64,000 nucleotides of DNA from positions 1,610,311-1,674,310 of the forward strand of contig OZ241962.1 in assembly GCA_965203995.1 (NCBI GenBank), written 5' to 3'. Positions 45,239 through 55,174 of this stretch are shown here, piece after piece. The stretch comes from Dehalococcoidia bacterium. Lineage in GTDB: Bacteria > Chloroflexota > Dehalococcoidia > Bin125. Each line of letters starts with the position of its first letter. Positions within the stretch are counted from its first letter, which is position 1. Position numbers and translations under genes: made by a program. Below the pieces are notes generated by a model. It was not told the origin of the DNA, ran no database searches, and saw nothing but the letters and a program-made list of their open reading frames with translations.

Positions 45239-47509
45239 ATGAATGGAACCGCCCCAATGCCGAGACCGACGATCAAAGCCGTCCGCGGCACTGTCGTGCT
45301 CCTGAATTCGCGCTCGGCGGAGAAGCTGCTGATCGGCCGCTCGGGCGACGAGTCACCGCCGGCATCCACGGGCCGGCCACGAACAACAGGTTCCGTCGAC
45401 GCTACAGACCGGGGGACCGAGACGGCGGACGCACCGCTGCGACGCTTCAGTCCGGGTTGGTCTCATCGTACGAGTGGCGGTTCCGCCACTCGCGCGTCCG
45501 CCAACTCGACGCCGTTCCGCCGCCAACGCTTGACCCGCCGCCGCTTGCTACAGGCCAGCGCCCGGGCCGGGGTGGGGATCGCCGGTCTGGCCCTCGTCGG
45601 ATGCGCCGACGATGCAGGGTCGAAGCCGTTGTCATCGGACGAGGTTCGCGCAACCGAGCCTGCCCAGCGAGCACAGCCTGCAGCGACGCAGCCCACGAAC
45701 GAGGCGCAACGGAGCAATCGATCGCGACGCCAACGGCCCTCCCCGAGCCACGCGATCGACCCGCCGCCCGTAGCGGCGCCGGTTCCGGCCCAACCGGCCG
45801 CCCGACCCGATCCGGCCACGCGGGTCACGCACCAGTTCGTGGGCGCAAACGAGGTCGACACCTGGGATCCGCATCGCGCGCGCACGACTTTCGCGCAGCG
45901 GGTGCATTCGCTGACCTATCAGAGAATCCTGCGCCCGCAGCGCTCCAGTTCACTCTGGTTGGAACCCGATCTCTGCGGACTTCCGGAGATTCTGGACCCC
46001 GTAACATTCGTCTTCCAGATCGATCCGCGTTCCCGGTTCCCATCCGACGCCGACGAGGCGGGCCGGCCGGTGACGGTCGAGGACGTGAGACGCAGCATTG
46101 AGCGGCTGGCCTGGGCCGGCCAGGTCGACGTGTTCCGGGACGCGAGGCTCCAGGCCGCCTTCGATTGGAACACGCTCGAGTTTGAGGCGATCGAGCCCTT
46201 CGACGGAACTCAGCCATTCAGATTGACGCAAGTCGCTGGTCTCAATTTCTCCCTGCTCCTCAACGGTCTGATCGCAGGGCCGTTCGCCTGGATCGCCGGC
46301 GCGGACGCGATCGATCAGGCTGACGCGCGCTGGCCCAGCGGATTGGACGGTGATCCGGTTGCCGACGGCTCGGGCCCCTACCGACTACAGAGTCACCGCG
46401 GGCGGCTGACCACCTTCGACAGATCGGAGTATTGGTCGGCCGCGCCAACTCCCGATGTCGGCTGGGGCTGGCGCGACCCGCGCCCGGCCCGCCTGGACGC
46501 CATCAAGATGTTCAGCGGCACGGCGGACGATCTGCTCCGAGGCTACGCGGCCGGGGAAATCGACCTGGCCGGCTGGCCGCTGGATGATGAGCAGGTCGCA
46601 GCCCTGTCGCAAGAGTTTCCGGAGCACAACACTTACACGATGCCCGGGCGGCGCCCGCTGCAGTTGGTCACCCCGCGCGATCTGGATCCCGCCGGCGCCC
46701 TCAGCGATCCGCGGATCGCAACAGCGATCAACTGGTCCGTGAATCGAGCCCAACTCGAGCGCTCCGAAGGCGGGCCGGTCCGGCTCAGGGCGTCCGGGCC
46801 GGTGGCGCAGCACTTCACGGAGTTGGCGCTGCCCGACGAGGAACTGCACGACTACCCGGGCTACGGGTCCGACGATAGCGCGGCCAGAGCGGCGGCGGCC
46901 GACCTGGTCGGCGCGGCCGGCGGCTCAGAGCCTGCAGCGCCGCTCAAGCTGGTTGTGCTTGAAGAGATTGAGCGCGTCCTTCCCAGGCTGGGGGACGCGG
47001 TGTTCCGGATGATCCGCGAGACGAGCGGGCTCGCGATCGAACTGGAACACGCGACGCGGACAGAAGCGCGCGGCCGGCTCGAAGGCGGCGAGCGCTTCGC
47101 CTACGTCCAGTGGGGCGAGACGCCGGAGACCCCGTTTCCGCTCCAGACTTGGCTGCGCACGCTTCACTCGGACGGCGCCGAGAACTGGGGCGCGTTCGCC
47201 AATCCCGGACTGGATCAGTTGCGGATTGACTTGCTGTCCGAGTACGACACTGAGTATGCGATGAACAAGACCGCAGGCATCCAACGAGCGTTGCTCTCCG
47301 GCTCGTTCACGGGTTGGATTCACAACCTGGCCACGCCGGTGCAGCGCGTTATCGTCCAGCCCTGGTTCAGCCCCGACGCCCGGCTGCTCGAGTTCGCCTG
47401 GTCGGATCAGCACCTGGCCGACTGCGGCATCCGCCTCAGAGGCGGAACCGGCTACCCCGCCGATCGCCGGCCGCACCGTGTCTCCAATCAGAATCAGGCG
47501 GAATCGTGA
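45239..47509 (+). CDS. Tat-secreted ABC transporter substrate-binding protein, family 5 (peptide/nickel-type)-like. The N-terminal extent is uncertain.
   Basis: Tat-like signal LTRRRLLQASARAGVGIAGLALVGCADD about 100 codons into the ORF. SBP_bac_5-like segments (...NEVDTWDPHRA...). No adjacent permease. Confidence 0.5.
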   Translation: MNGTAPMPRPTIKAVRGTVVLLNSRSAEKLLIGRSGDESPPASTGRPRTTGSVDATDRGTETADAPLRRFSPGWSHRTSGGSATRASANSTPFRRQRLTRRRLLQASARAGVGIAGLALVGCADDAGSKPLSSDEVRATEPAQRAQPAATQPTNEAQRSNRSRRQRPSPSHAIDPPPVAAPVPAQPAARPDPATRVTHQFVGANEVDTWDPHRARTTFAQRVHSLTYQRILRPQRSSSLWLEPDLCGLPEILDPVTFVFQIDPRSRFPSDADEAGRPVTVEDVRRSIERLAWAGQVDVFRDARLQAAFDWNTLEFEAIEPFDGTQPFRLTQVAGLNFSLLLNGLIAGPFAWIAGADAIDQADARWPSGLDGDPVADGSGPYRLQSHRGRLTTFDRSEYWSAAPTPDVGWGWRDPRPARLDAIKMFSGTADDLLRGYAAGEIDLAGWPLDDEQVAALSQEFPEHNTYTMPGRRPLQLVTPRDLDPAGALSDPRIATAINWSVNRAQLERSEGGPVRLRASGPVAQHFTELALPDEELHDYPGYGSDDSAARAAAADLVGAAGGSEPAAPLKLVVLEEIERVLPRLGDAVFRMIRETSGLAIELEHATRTEARGRLEGGERFAYVQWGETPETPFPLQTWLRTLHSDGAENWGAFANPGLDQLRIDLLSEYDTEYAMNKTAGIQRALLSGSFTGWIHNLATPVQRVIVQPWFSPDARLLEFAWSDQHLADCGIRLRGGTGYPADRRPHRVSNQNQAES

Positions 47510-47955
47510 TCCGCGAGTGGAGGGAGCTTGCGTGCTCCTGGGTCAGTTAGCGTGTCCGATGCGGATCCGATTCGGCAATCATCGAGCGCTCCAGTGGGTC
47601 GGCGCTTCAGCAGGGCGTCCGCTACGCCAACGCCCGTCAAGTCCAAGAAATGCCGAACCCACCTCTGCCCTGGTCGGCATGATCCGCCTGGCGTCGCAAG
47701 CAGTCGAACCGTGAAAGATATGACCACCCGGCGACGCGTGCGGAGATGCTGCAACGCAGGAATCATCGCCCTTGAGCGAGCGCGCAGTGTAGTGCCGGCT
47801 CGGCGCGTGCCGCACTCAAGCAACGTCGGCGATCGGCACAGGCTGCGCCAGTCGCCGCAAACGGGGCGGCCCGTCCGACAGCCTCTGAGCGCCCCGCTTC
47901 TATCGGACGTACGAATCCCGGCGGCCGCCAACACATCACAGCGGGGCATCTGGAC

Positions 47956-50118
47956 ATGACCGACAAGCCGCCTCCCGGCGGAGCGCTGGCGTGGATCGCC
48001 CGGCGGCCAGGCAGTAGACGGAGACATAGCGTCGGCGCGCTGGTCGTGATCGGTAGCGTCCTCGCCGCCTGGCTGCTGGCCGGCTCGCTCGTCCAGTCAC
48101 AGTCGCCTCCGCTGGCGCTTACGCTGAGCGGACCGGACACCTGCGAGAACGACGCCGCCACGGACTATCTCCCAGGCGCGGTGCGTGCACCCGAGGTTGA
48201 GATCGAATGGAGCGTGAGCGGCGGAACCCCGCCCTACCAGGTGATGATTCACGGAGCCCGCCACACCGGGGCGATAGGGCGCGCCTCGGTGGTCTGCGCC
48301 GTCTGGTCGGACGAGTGGCGCTCGGCCTCGGGCGATATCGCGGTGGCGGCGACCGTCACAGACGCCGGAGGGCGCCGAGCGTCGGCGGTGCACGATATCT
48401 ACAGCATCCGTTCCTACCGCGAGATGGGCCACCAGTCGGCGGTCAACGCCGCCTACCGCACACACCGCCTGTACGGGGGCGGCACCTACCGGGTCCACGG
48501 GCGCCTGTGGACCCTCCCCGAGGACCGCCCCGTCCACATGCGCGAACACCTCTCCGCCGATTGCGCATCGCCGGGTCCCGACTGCCGCGATCGGTTTCGC
48601 CTGGAGATGTACGAGTCGAGCGGATCGGACCATAGCCAGGGCTACATCTGGATCTATCGCTGGAGCGGAACGGAGCACTCGCGGTGGCTCGACAGCTCGA
48701 TCGGGCGGCACGGCGTCCTGATCCTCGCCGACGATCCGGACGCCGTGGTTCCCGGATACGAGCGCCGCGCCAACGAAGCGTTCGACCGCTTGCTGGAGTC
48801 CCGCGGCCGGCCGCCGGACCGGCTGGTCGCGGCGGCGGCCGGCGCGCACAGCGGTCGACTCTCGATCACGTTGACCATGCCGCGGCTCTGCAGGAGCGGC
48901 TCGTTCCGCGAGGACAACGGACTGCCGGTGCGCTGGGAGGTCGAGGGCGGCGCGCCGCCCTACGACGTGACGATTGGCGGCGCTCGCTACCTGGGCCGGG
49001 AGGGGCTGCACTGGATCAAGTGCGGATTCGAGCCGGGCCGGGCGCTGGACTCGGGCGTGCGCACGCTCCAGGCGGTCGCGGTCGACAGCCGGGGAGACAG
49101 CGCGTCCGATCACGCAGACATGGTCGTCGTCCGCCGATTCTTACCCGGCCACTGGCAGGTCGAGCACCTGACAGCGGGCCGCACCTACCTGCTCGGCAAC
49201 TGGTTCGGCACGCCGCCCGCGGGCGCCCAGGTCCGCTTGGTCGCTCCGTTCTCCGAGGAGCGGTTCTGCCCGCCTGCGGATGCCGGAGGAGAGGAACGGC
49301 TCTGCGACTACGACATGCACTTCGAAATCGAGGCGGACGGCGCGATCGGGACGCTCACGCTCGGGGCGCGGGCGGGCGACGAGTACGCCCGCGCGCTGCC
49401 CGCCCGCGCCCCGCTGGCCCTGGCGCGCGCGATCGACGGGTTCGTCGCTTCGGTCGGCCGCCACCCCCGCGTCGGCGAGGACTTCCGCGACGCATCGGCT
49501 GAGCCTCGGTTTCGCTGGCTGGCCGACCCCGGCGAATGCTCGCCCGGCGGATCGGTGCGGGTCCACGTGCGGGCGACGGGAGGCCAGTGGTGGCCGCTCT
49601 CGACGATCGAGCTAGGCGACCAGGAGGTACGCCTGCAGAACAGCGCGCGGGGCGACTCGGCATCGTTCTGGGTGAACTGCGGCGACGCGGCGCGGCCCTT
49701 GGAGTTGGAGCTCCGGGCGACGGAACTGCGCTTCTCGCCGTTTGAGCGGGTAACCACGGTCGCCGAGTCGAAGGTCCTCATCGGCGCGCGAGGTGCGGAC
49801 CAGGACCCGCACGACAACGACATCTACACCCAGGTTGATCTCGGCATGGAGCACGGCGTGTGCGTCGCTGGGGAACCGTTTCCACTCGAGTGGCAGGTGC
49901 GTCCCGCTCGCGGCCAGGAGGGCCGTATCAGCGTGACGATTGACGGGGTTGTCGGCGTTCACGGCGGCCTGGACGCCGTGCAGTTGCGCTGCGCCGAGCC
50001 GCCCGGACCGCACCGCATCACGCTGCGGGTCCGGGCGGAGTTCGACACGCCGCAGTTTGAGACGTTGGACATCGTCTATGAGTCGGTCACGGGACGACCG
50101 GAGCGGAGGCCGCGATGA
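47956..50118 (+). CDS. Secreted Cys-motif repeat protein, paralog R1 (720 aa).
   Basis: EWSVSGGTPPYQVMIHGARH..., ATVTDAGGRRASAVHDIYSIR, LYGGGTYRVHGRLWTLP, CRDRFRLEM, YIWIYRWSGTEHSRWLDSSIGRHGVL. Ortholog-like to 36696-38780. It overlaps the next gene by 4 nt. Confidence 0.6.
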   Translation: MTDKPPPGGALAWIARRPGSRRRHSVGALVVIGSVLAAWLLAGSLVQSQSPPLALTLSGPDTCENDAATDYLPGAVRAPEVEIEWSVSGGTPPYQVMIHGARHTGAIGRASVVCAVWSDEWRSASGDIAVAATVTDAGGRRASAVHDIYSIRSYREMGHQSAVNAAYRTHRLYGGGTYRVHGRLWTLPEDRPVHMREHLSADCASPGPDCRDRFRLEMYESSGSDHSQGYIWIYRWSGTEHSRWLDSSIGRHGVLILADDPDAVVPGYERRANEAFDRLLESRGRPPDRLVAAAAGAHSGRLSITLTMPRLCRSGSFREDNGLPVRWEVEGGAPPYDVTIGGARYLGREGLHWIKCGFEPGRALDSGVRTLQAVAVDSRGDSASDHADMVVVRRFLPGHWQVEHLTAGRTYLLGNWFGTPPAGAQVRLVAPFSEERFCPPADAGGEERLCDYDMHFEIEADGAIGTLTLGARAGDEYARALPARAPLALARAIDGFVASVGRHPRVGEDFRDASAEPRFRWLADPGECSPGGSVRVHVRATGGQWWPLSTIELGDQEVRLQNSARGDSASFWVNCGDAARPLELELRATELRFSPFERVTTVAESKVLIGARGADQDPHDNDIYTQVDLGMEHGVCVAGEPFPLEWQVRPARGQEGRISVTIDGVVGVHGGLDAVQLRCAEPPGPHRITLRVRAEFDTPQFETLDIVYESVTGRPERRPR

Positions 50119-52271
50119 GCGCCAAGTTCCCGCGCCGTTGGCTGTGGACCGTTCTCGGGGGCGGCGGCGCGTTGGTGCTGCTTCTGTTCGTCCCGCAGGC
50201 CGGCGGCCAGGAGCCGCTCACGCTTACGCTCACTGCGCCGGCGGGCTGTGAAGCCGACTATGACGAACGGGAGATCGCCCGCAACGTCGACCTGCAGTGG
50301 CAGGTCAGCGGAGGTCAGGAGCCGTTTTCTGTCGCCATTGACGGCGTTGCGTACACGGGTGAGCGGGGCCTGGCGCAGACCATCTGCGGCATCTGGGACG
50401 AGACCGATCCGTCCCTCGTCGACTCGGGGCTGATGAGCTTCAACGCCCAGGTGCGGGACGCCCGCGGCGAGCAGGCGACCGCCGTCGCCTACACCTACGC
50501 CGTCCGGGTGATCCGCGCCGACGGCCGTCCCAACGACTACCCGGTCGGCCTCAACGCGGGGCGAACCTACCGGGTGCACGGGATGCTCTTGACGATGCCC
50601 GAGGAGTTCGGCCTGATCATGGGCCCCTATCACAGCGCTGCCTGCGCCGATCCCGTAAACGCCGATGCATGCGCTGATGAGTTCCAACTCCGCGCGGGCA
50701 GGTGGTCCGATCAGCCGCCCTACATCTGGCTGCGGCGCTGGAGCCGGGACGAGGCGCGCCGGGCGCTGGCTCCGCTGCACGAGTATTCCGCCGACGAGGT
50801 CGCCGACTATTTCGATCGACTGGTCGCGTCGATCGGGCGGCCGCCGCCCCCGGTCCCCGGAGCGACCAGCATCGGCGAGGACTCCAGCGATCTGCGGATC
50901 GAGCTCTTCGCTCCCCGGATCTGCGAGGCGTACTGGGGTCGTTACGGCGGGACCCGGCAGTCGATCCCGGTCGAGTGGCGCGTGAGCGGCGGCGCGGCGC
51001 CCTACCAGGTCGAGATCGGCGGCGAGCGCTTCAAGGGCGAGTCAGGTGAGATCTCCGTGGCTTGCGGGCGCGCGAGCACGGATCGCACCGGCGTCGACTC
51101 CCAGCTCATGGCGGTTCAGGCGAGCGTCACCGACGCCCGCGGCGGCCGGGCGTCGGGCGTGGTCAACACCTACGTCATCGCAGCAAGAAGATTCGGGGAC
51201 GACCGCCTGCGCGCCGGCTGGACGCACCGGGTCCAGGGTCTGCTCATGACGATCCCAGAAGGGCTGCAGTTCGACGTTGAGTACTTCGGCTCGACGCTGG
51301 TCGATTGCGAACCCGACGAGCCGGAAGAGGAGGCGGAACCTGAGTCCGGCCTGGACGCGGGCGGCGCCGTCCTGGCCCAGAGCGGACTGCCGCCCGCCGA
51401 CCGCGAGAGCGACCGCTACCGCTGCCAGAACTTCTGGTCGATGAGCGGCGAATGGATGATCGCCGGTCACCGGGGCAGCGTCTGGGTCGGATTCGGCGAA
51501 ACGACCAACGATGTCTCCGACTACGGCGTGGAACTGGACGACGGATCGGCCGGTCGCGCCGGCGCCGAGCAGGCGCTGCAGGAGGCGGAGCGCCGCGTCT
51601 GGCGGTTGGCCCACTCGGTGGGCAAGCCGCCGGAGCTGCCCGAGGCCGGGAACTTCAACCCAGCCCCGCTGCGCATTCGCGCCTGGGCGGAACCGCTGGC
51701 CTGCGGCTGGCTGCACGAAGGCCACCGCCGGAGACAGGCGAGCGCGCAGCGCCGGGTGAGCGGCGGAGCCTGGTGGCCGCTCGGCATCGGAGACGAAGCC
51801 TGGTCGAGCACGCATCGCCACGCCAACCTGGACTGTCCGGCGACGCTCGGGCCGCACCAATCGGTGCTTGAGACCCACGAAAGTGGTCCCGATCCCGCAA
51901 CGGTCGAAGCGACCGTCACGCACTACGCCGTGCCGGTGGTCGCCTCAGGCGACCTCAGCGGCTCCGGTCAAGGTTGGCCGACCAGCTACTGCAGGCCCGG
52001 CGGCGAGCGGAGTATCAGGTGGAGCGTGAGCGGCGGCTCGGGCGCCTACCGGGCGCGGGTGAGCGGCGCCGATGTCGACATGGAGTACCACCCGGAACTT
52101 GGCTATGGAGACGGATGGGCCCAGGTCAGATGCACGAACCGCCTGGGCCTCCAGGCGATGACGGTCGCGGTCTGGGTCGAGGCCGAACCCGGCAACCGGC
52201 TCGTCTTTCCCGTCTTGTTGATGGCGGTCGAAGAGCATCCCTCTGGACGGCCGTGGTCGGACTTCGAGTGA
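50115..52271 (+). CDS. Secreted Cys-motif repeat protein, paralog R2 (718 aa).
   Basis: CEADYDEREIARNVDLQWQVSGGQEPFSVAIDGVAYTGERG..., YTYAVRVIRADG, GRTYRVHGMLLTMPEEF, CADEFQLRAGRWSDQPPYIWLRRW. Most similar to 34387-36699. Confidence 0.6.
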   Translation: MSAKFPRRWLWTVLGGGGALVLLLFVPQAGGQEPLTLTLTAPAGCEADYDEREIARNVDLQWQVSGGQEPFSVAIDGVAYTGERGLAQTICGIWDETDPSLVDSGLMSFNAQVRDARGEQATAVAYTYAVRVIRADGRPNDYPVGLNAGRTYRVHGMLLTMPEEFGLIMGPYHSAACADPVNADACADEFQLRAGRWSDQPPYIWLRRWSRDEARRALAPLHEYSADEVADYFDRLVASIGRPPPPVPGATSIGEDSSDLRIELFAPRICEAYWGRYGGTRQSIPVEWRVSGGAAPYQVEIGGERFKGESGEISVACGRASTDRTGVDSQLMAVQASVTDARGGRASGVVNTYVIAARRFGDDRLRAGWTHRVQGLLMTIPEGLQFDVEYFGSTLVDCEPDEPEEEAEPESGLDAGGAVLAQSGLPPADRESDRYRCQNFWSMSGEWMIAGHRGSVWVGFGETTNDVSDYGVELDDGSAGRAGAEQALQEAERRVWRLAHSVGKPPELPEAGNFNPAPLRIRAWAEPLACGWLHEGHRRRQASAQRRVSGGAWWPLGIGDEAWSSTHRHANLDCPATLGPHQSVLETHESGPDPATVEATVTHYAVPVVASGDLSGSGQGWPTSYCRPGGERSIRWSVSGGSGAYRARVSGADVDMEYHPELGYGDGWAQVRCTNRLGLQAMTVAVWVEAEPGNRLVFPVLLMAVEEHPSGRPWSDFE

Positions 52272-52640
52272 TCGATGCAATCGGCCGGTGCTGGCCGGAG
52301 TGCAGCCCCAATCGGACGCGGGGAACCGAGCACGGCGCCGGGCAGTCGGCGGCAAAACTGGTCGCGGTCGAGGAAGCGCCAGAGCGTCAGACGCGAGTCC
52401 CCGAACCGCTCCGCCGTGCGCTGCTGGCCGTGGCTCCGGGTCGAGGCGTTGAGGTAGTCCCGGATCGCGTCGATGCGCGCGGCGGCGGCGCAAGCGGGAT
52501 GTCGCCGCTGGACGAAGAGCGATCTCCGTCCACGGGGAGGCGCTCGACGCTGCGGCGCCGGGAAGCCCGCCCGCTTGTCCGTCGGTTCTCACCTAGTCGG
52601 CCTGCCGGCGTCTTGGCGTCAGTGCCGAATCTGCATCCAG

Positions 52641-52660
52641 ATTGCATGACAACTGATACG
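52641..52660 (+). promoter_or_regulatory. Conserved upstream motif (copy 1 of 3) ATTGCA(T/C)..(A/C)AAC(A/T)..TAC, about 110-120 nt before each adhesin-like gene start.
   Basis: ATTGCATGACAACTGATACG here, CAATTGCATCCAAACATCTACGCAG at 55045-55069, and CAATTGCACATGAACATCTACTGACG at 58300-58325. The spacing to the start codon is similar in all three. It contains a TTGCAT -35-like hexamer. Confidence 0.4.
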
Positions 52661-52781
52661 GATGCACACCCACCATTGCTTGCACCTGTTGGATAATCCG
52701 AGATCAAACCGTGTCGCTCCGGGACCGCGAGGGGCCGACGAGACGCTCGGCGCGGCCGAGTCGCAGGAAAGCAGGGTGTGA

Positions 52782-54905
52782 ATGACCAGTCGCAGCGACC
52801 GCCGATCGTTCCGTCCGCAGACCCCCCCCCCCCCCGCAGATAGCGCCCCCGCTAGGCTAGCCCGCCGGCTCTTCCCGCTCCCCCTCCTGGCCGCCGCGCT
52901 GGTCGCACTGGCGGTCGTTTTCGTCCACGACGCCCGGCCAACCCAGGCGCAGAGCAGCACCATCTGGTCCGCCACACTGACAGTGGCAGATCTGGGCGAC
53001 GGCGTTCTCGGGTGCAATACCACCGCTGGCTGCTCCGGCGCGCTCACGGACAACGACCTCTGGTATGGCGACACGTACCATGAGATCGAACAAGTCCTCG
53101 GGCCCGGCCAGCTCACGTTCACCCTCAGCAATAGAGATTCACTCAAACGTACCCTTTTTTCGTCCGGCACGTTGACCGTAGGAGACAGAGAGTTTCCCCT
53201 GACAGGCGCGCAGCGGGGTACCTTCGGTGTCAGTGGCGTCCAGTTGATTTGGGCTTCTGCCGGTCTGAGTTGGAGCGCCGGCGACACGGTGCAGCTGAGC
53301 CTGGAGGTCGAGCCCCTGGAGGTCACGGTCAGCGCCGACGGCCCGCTGCGCGAGGGCGGCCCGCCGGTGAACGTGACCTTCACTCTGGACCGGCCGGCCC
53401 CGCGCAACCTGCACGCCACGCTGGGCCACAACGACTCGGTCCGCTTCAACGCCGACGGCCCGCGCTTCGCCGTCGGCCAGACGAGCGCCGTGATGCAGCT
53501 CAGCGTGCCCCAGGACCAGATCGACAACAACTGCCGCACGCTTCACTTGCAGGTCTGGTTCCTGCCCCACGTCCACGGCGCGCAGCTGCAGGCCGACGTC
53601 GGCTTCAGCGTGATCGACGACGACGGTGCGGCGGACACCTGCTCCGGCCTGCTCGGCTCGCCCTACCCCACCCAGCTGTCGCTGCAGTTCGTGGAAGCCA
53701 GCCGCTGGACCGAGAAGATCCGGGTCACCTTCCTCGCCCAGCTGGACCGGCCGCCGCTCAACCGCAACGTCGTCTCGGTCAGCGCCAGCAGCGATACGAT
53801 CATCCAGCGCGACGGGTTTTCCGGCGCAGACGGCAACTACTACTACGTCCCCCGCGACCGGTTCTCGATCTGGGCGCCTCACACCGTCCCCAAGTACACG
53901 GACGACCGGGGCACCCACGACTGGCCGATCGAAATCTGGATCTGGGACTCCGTCCCCGATCACGCCAGCATCACCCTGGAAGCGACCACGCAGTTCCCGG
54001 CGCTGAGCATCACGGCGCCTGTCTTGGTGAACGCCATGCGAGGGCTGGCCGACCGCCAGAGCAGCCCCGGCATCGTGCCGGAGGGGGGCGGCAGCCCCGG
54101 TACGGACAGCGATGTGGGCGTCGTCCACAACCCGAATCCCGGGAACGACTACGCGGCCCTGATCGCCGATGTGCAGCTCTGGCGCGACGACCCCTGCTGC
54201 GCGAGCAACCAGGCCCACACCGACCGCTGGGACCGGGTCCTGCTGGCCCTCGGCGAGTCGGTCGCCGACGCCTCGCTGGAGCCGATGACGGCCGCGGAGG
54301 CGCAGGGCTTCGCCGACCGCGGCTGGACGCGCTGGGTGAACGTCGCCGCCGTGCTGCAGCAGATCGAGGGCGTCAGGCAGATCCTCGCGCTGATCGAGTC
54401 CCAGGGGCCGCAGCCGGATCAGGAGCCGGCCGTCGATCCCCAGCCGCCGCCGAACCAGGCGCCGACGGTCTCGGCGGCGCCGGCCGACGTGAGCGGCCTC
54501 GAGGCGGGCGCGACGCGCGAGGTCTCGCTGGCCGGGGTCTTCCACGACGCCGACGGCGACGCGCTGACGATCACGGGCGGTCCCGACGACGACCAGGTCG
54601 TCACGGTCGAGCTGGCTTCCGACGGCTCCAAGCTGACCCTGACCGGCGTCTCCGAGGGCGCGGCGATCGTGCTCGTCTTCGCCCAGGACCCGTCCGGCGC
54701 GTCGGTGTTCACCGAGTTCAACGTGACCGTGGTCGCGGCGCCGGAACCGGCGGCATCGCTGACGGGGGCGGCCGCCCGCTACGACACGGACGCGAACGGC
54801 AAGATCGACCTCTCCGAGTACCGTCGGGCGCTCAACGACTACGTCGCCCGCACGATCAGCTATACGGAGCTGCTCGAGGTCGTGACCGCCTACCAGGCCT
54901 CCTGA
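52782..54905 (+). CDS. Secreted adhesin-like surface protein 1 (707 aa) with an N-terminal poly-Pro stretch encoded by a poly-C tract and a C-terminal Ig-like module plus a dockerin/EF-hand-like Ca-binding loop.
   Basis: Signal ...RRLFPLPLLAAALVALAVVFVHDARP. C-terminal DTDANGKIDLSEY loop. The last 470 nt or so are near-identical to the 3' end of the next gene. Confidence 0.7.
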   Translation: MTSRSDRRSFRPQTPPPPADSAPARLARRLFPLPLLAAALVALAVVFVHDARPTQAQSSTIWSATLTVADLGDGVLGCNTTAGCSGALTDNDLWYGDTYHEIEQVLGPGQLTFTLSNRDSLKRTLFSSGTLTVGDREFPLTGAQRGTFGVSGVQLIWASAGLSWSAGDTVQLSLEVEPLEVTVSADGPLREGGPPVNVTFTLDRPAPRNLHATLGHNDSVRFNADGPRFAVGQTSAVMQLSVPQDQIDNNCRTLHLQVWFLPHVHGAQLQADVGFSVIDDDGAADTCSGLLGSPYPTQLSLQFVEASRWTEKIRVTFLAQLDRPPLNRNVVSVSASSDTIIQRDGFSGADGNYYYVPRDRFSIWAPHTVPKYTDDRGTHDWPIEIWIWDSVPDHASITLEATTQFPALSITAPVLVNAMRGLADRQSSPGIVPEGGGSPGTDSDVGVVHNPNPGNDYAALIADVQLWRDDPCCASNQAHTDRWDRVLLALGESVADASLEPMTAAEAQGFADRGWTRWVNVAAVLQQIEGVRQILALIESQGPQPDQEPAVDPQPPPNQAPTVSAAPADVSGLEAGATREVSLAGVFHDADGDALTITGGPDDDQVVTVELASDGSKLTLTGVSEGAAIVLVFAQDPSGASVFTEFNVTVVAAPEPAASLTGAAARYDTDANGKIDLSEYRRALNDYVARTISYTELLEVVTAYQAS
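52822..52835 (+). repeat. Homopolymeric C14 tract inside the 5' coding region (encodes PPPP). Candidate slipped-strand phase-variation site.
   Basis: Counted directly: ...gcagaCCCCCCCCCCCCCCgcagatagcgcc.... In frame as sequenced. Confidence 0.8.
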
Positions 54906-54910
54906 CCCGG
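54434..54910. repeat. Block of about 477 bp near-identical (about 95% by eye) to 57664-58140. It covers the shared C-terminal coding module and the stop codon of adhesin-like genes 1 and 2.
   Basis: Side-by-side comparison of the two 3' ends: AACCAGGCGCCGACGGTCTCGGCG... through ...GTCGTGACCGCCTACCAGGCCTCCTGACCCGG. Confidence 0.75.
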
Positions 54911-55174
54911 GCCGCTCCGGCTCGGAGATCGAGCCGGGGTGATGCGGCACGGGTCGCGGCCATGCACTCAGCCTGGGCGCGCGGGTGCGCACACAATCCG
55001 GTTCGAGTGCGCCGCCCGAGCGGACAACTGCGGGCGACCCTTCGGACTACACGGCAATTGCATCCAAACATCTACGCAGCGCCACAACATGTATCGGCCG
55101 GATGTAAGAAACTGGCGAGGCGATTCTGGGTCCGCTGCATCCGGCGGATGCCCGCATCGCCCAAGTGATCGCCG

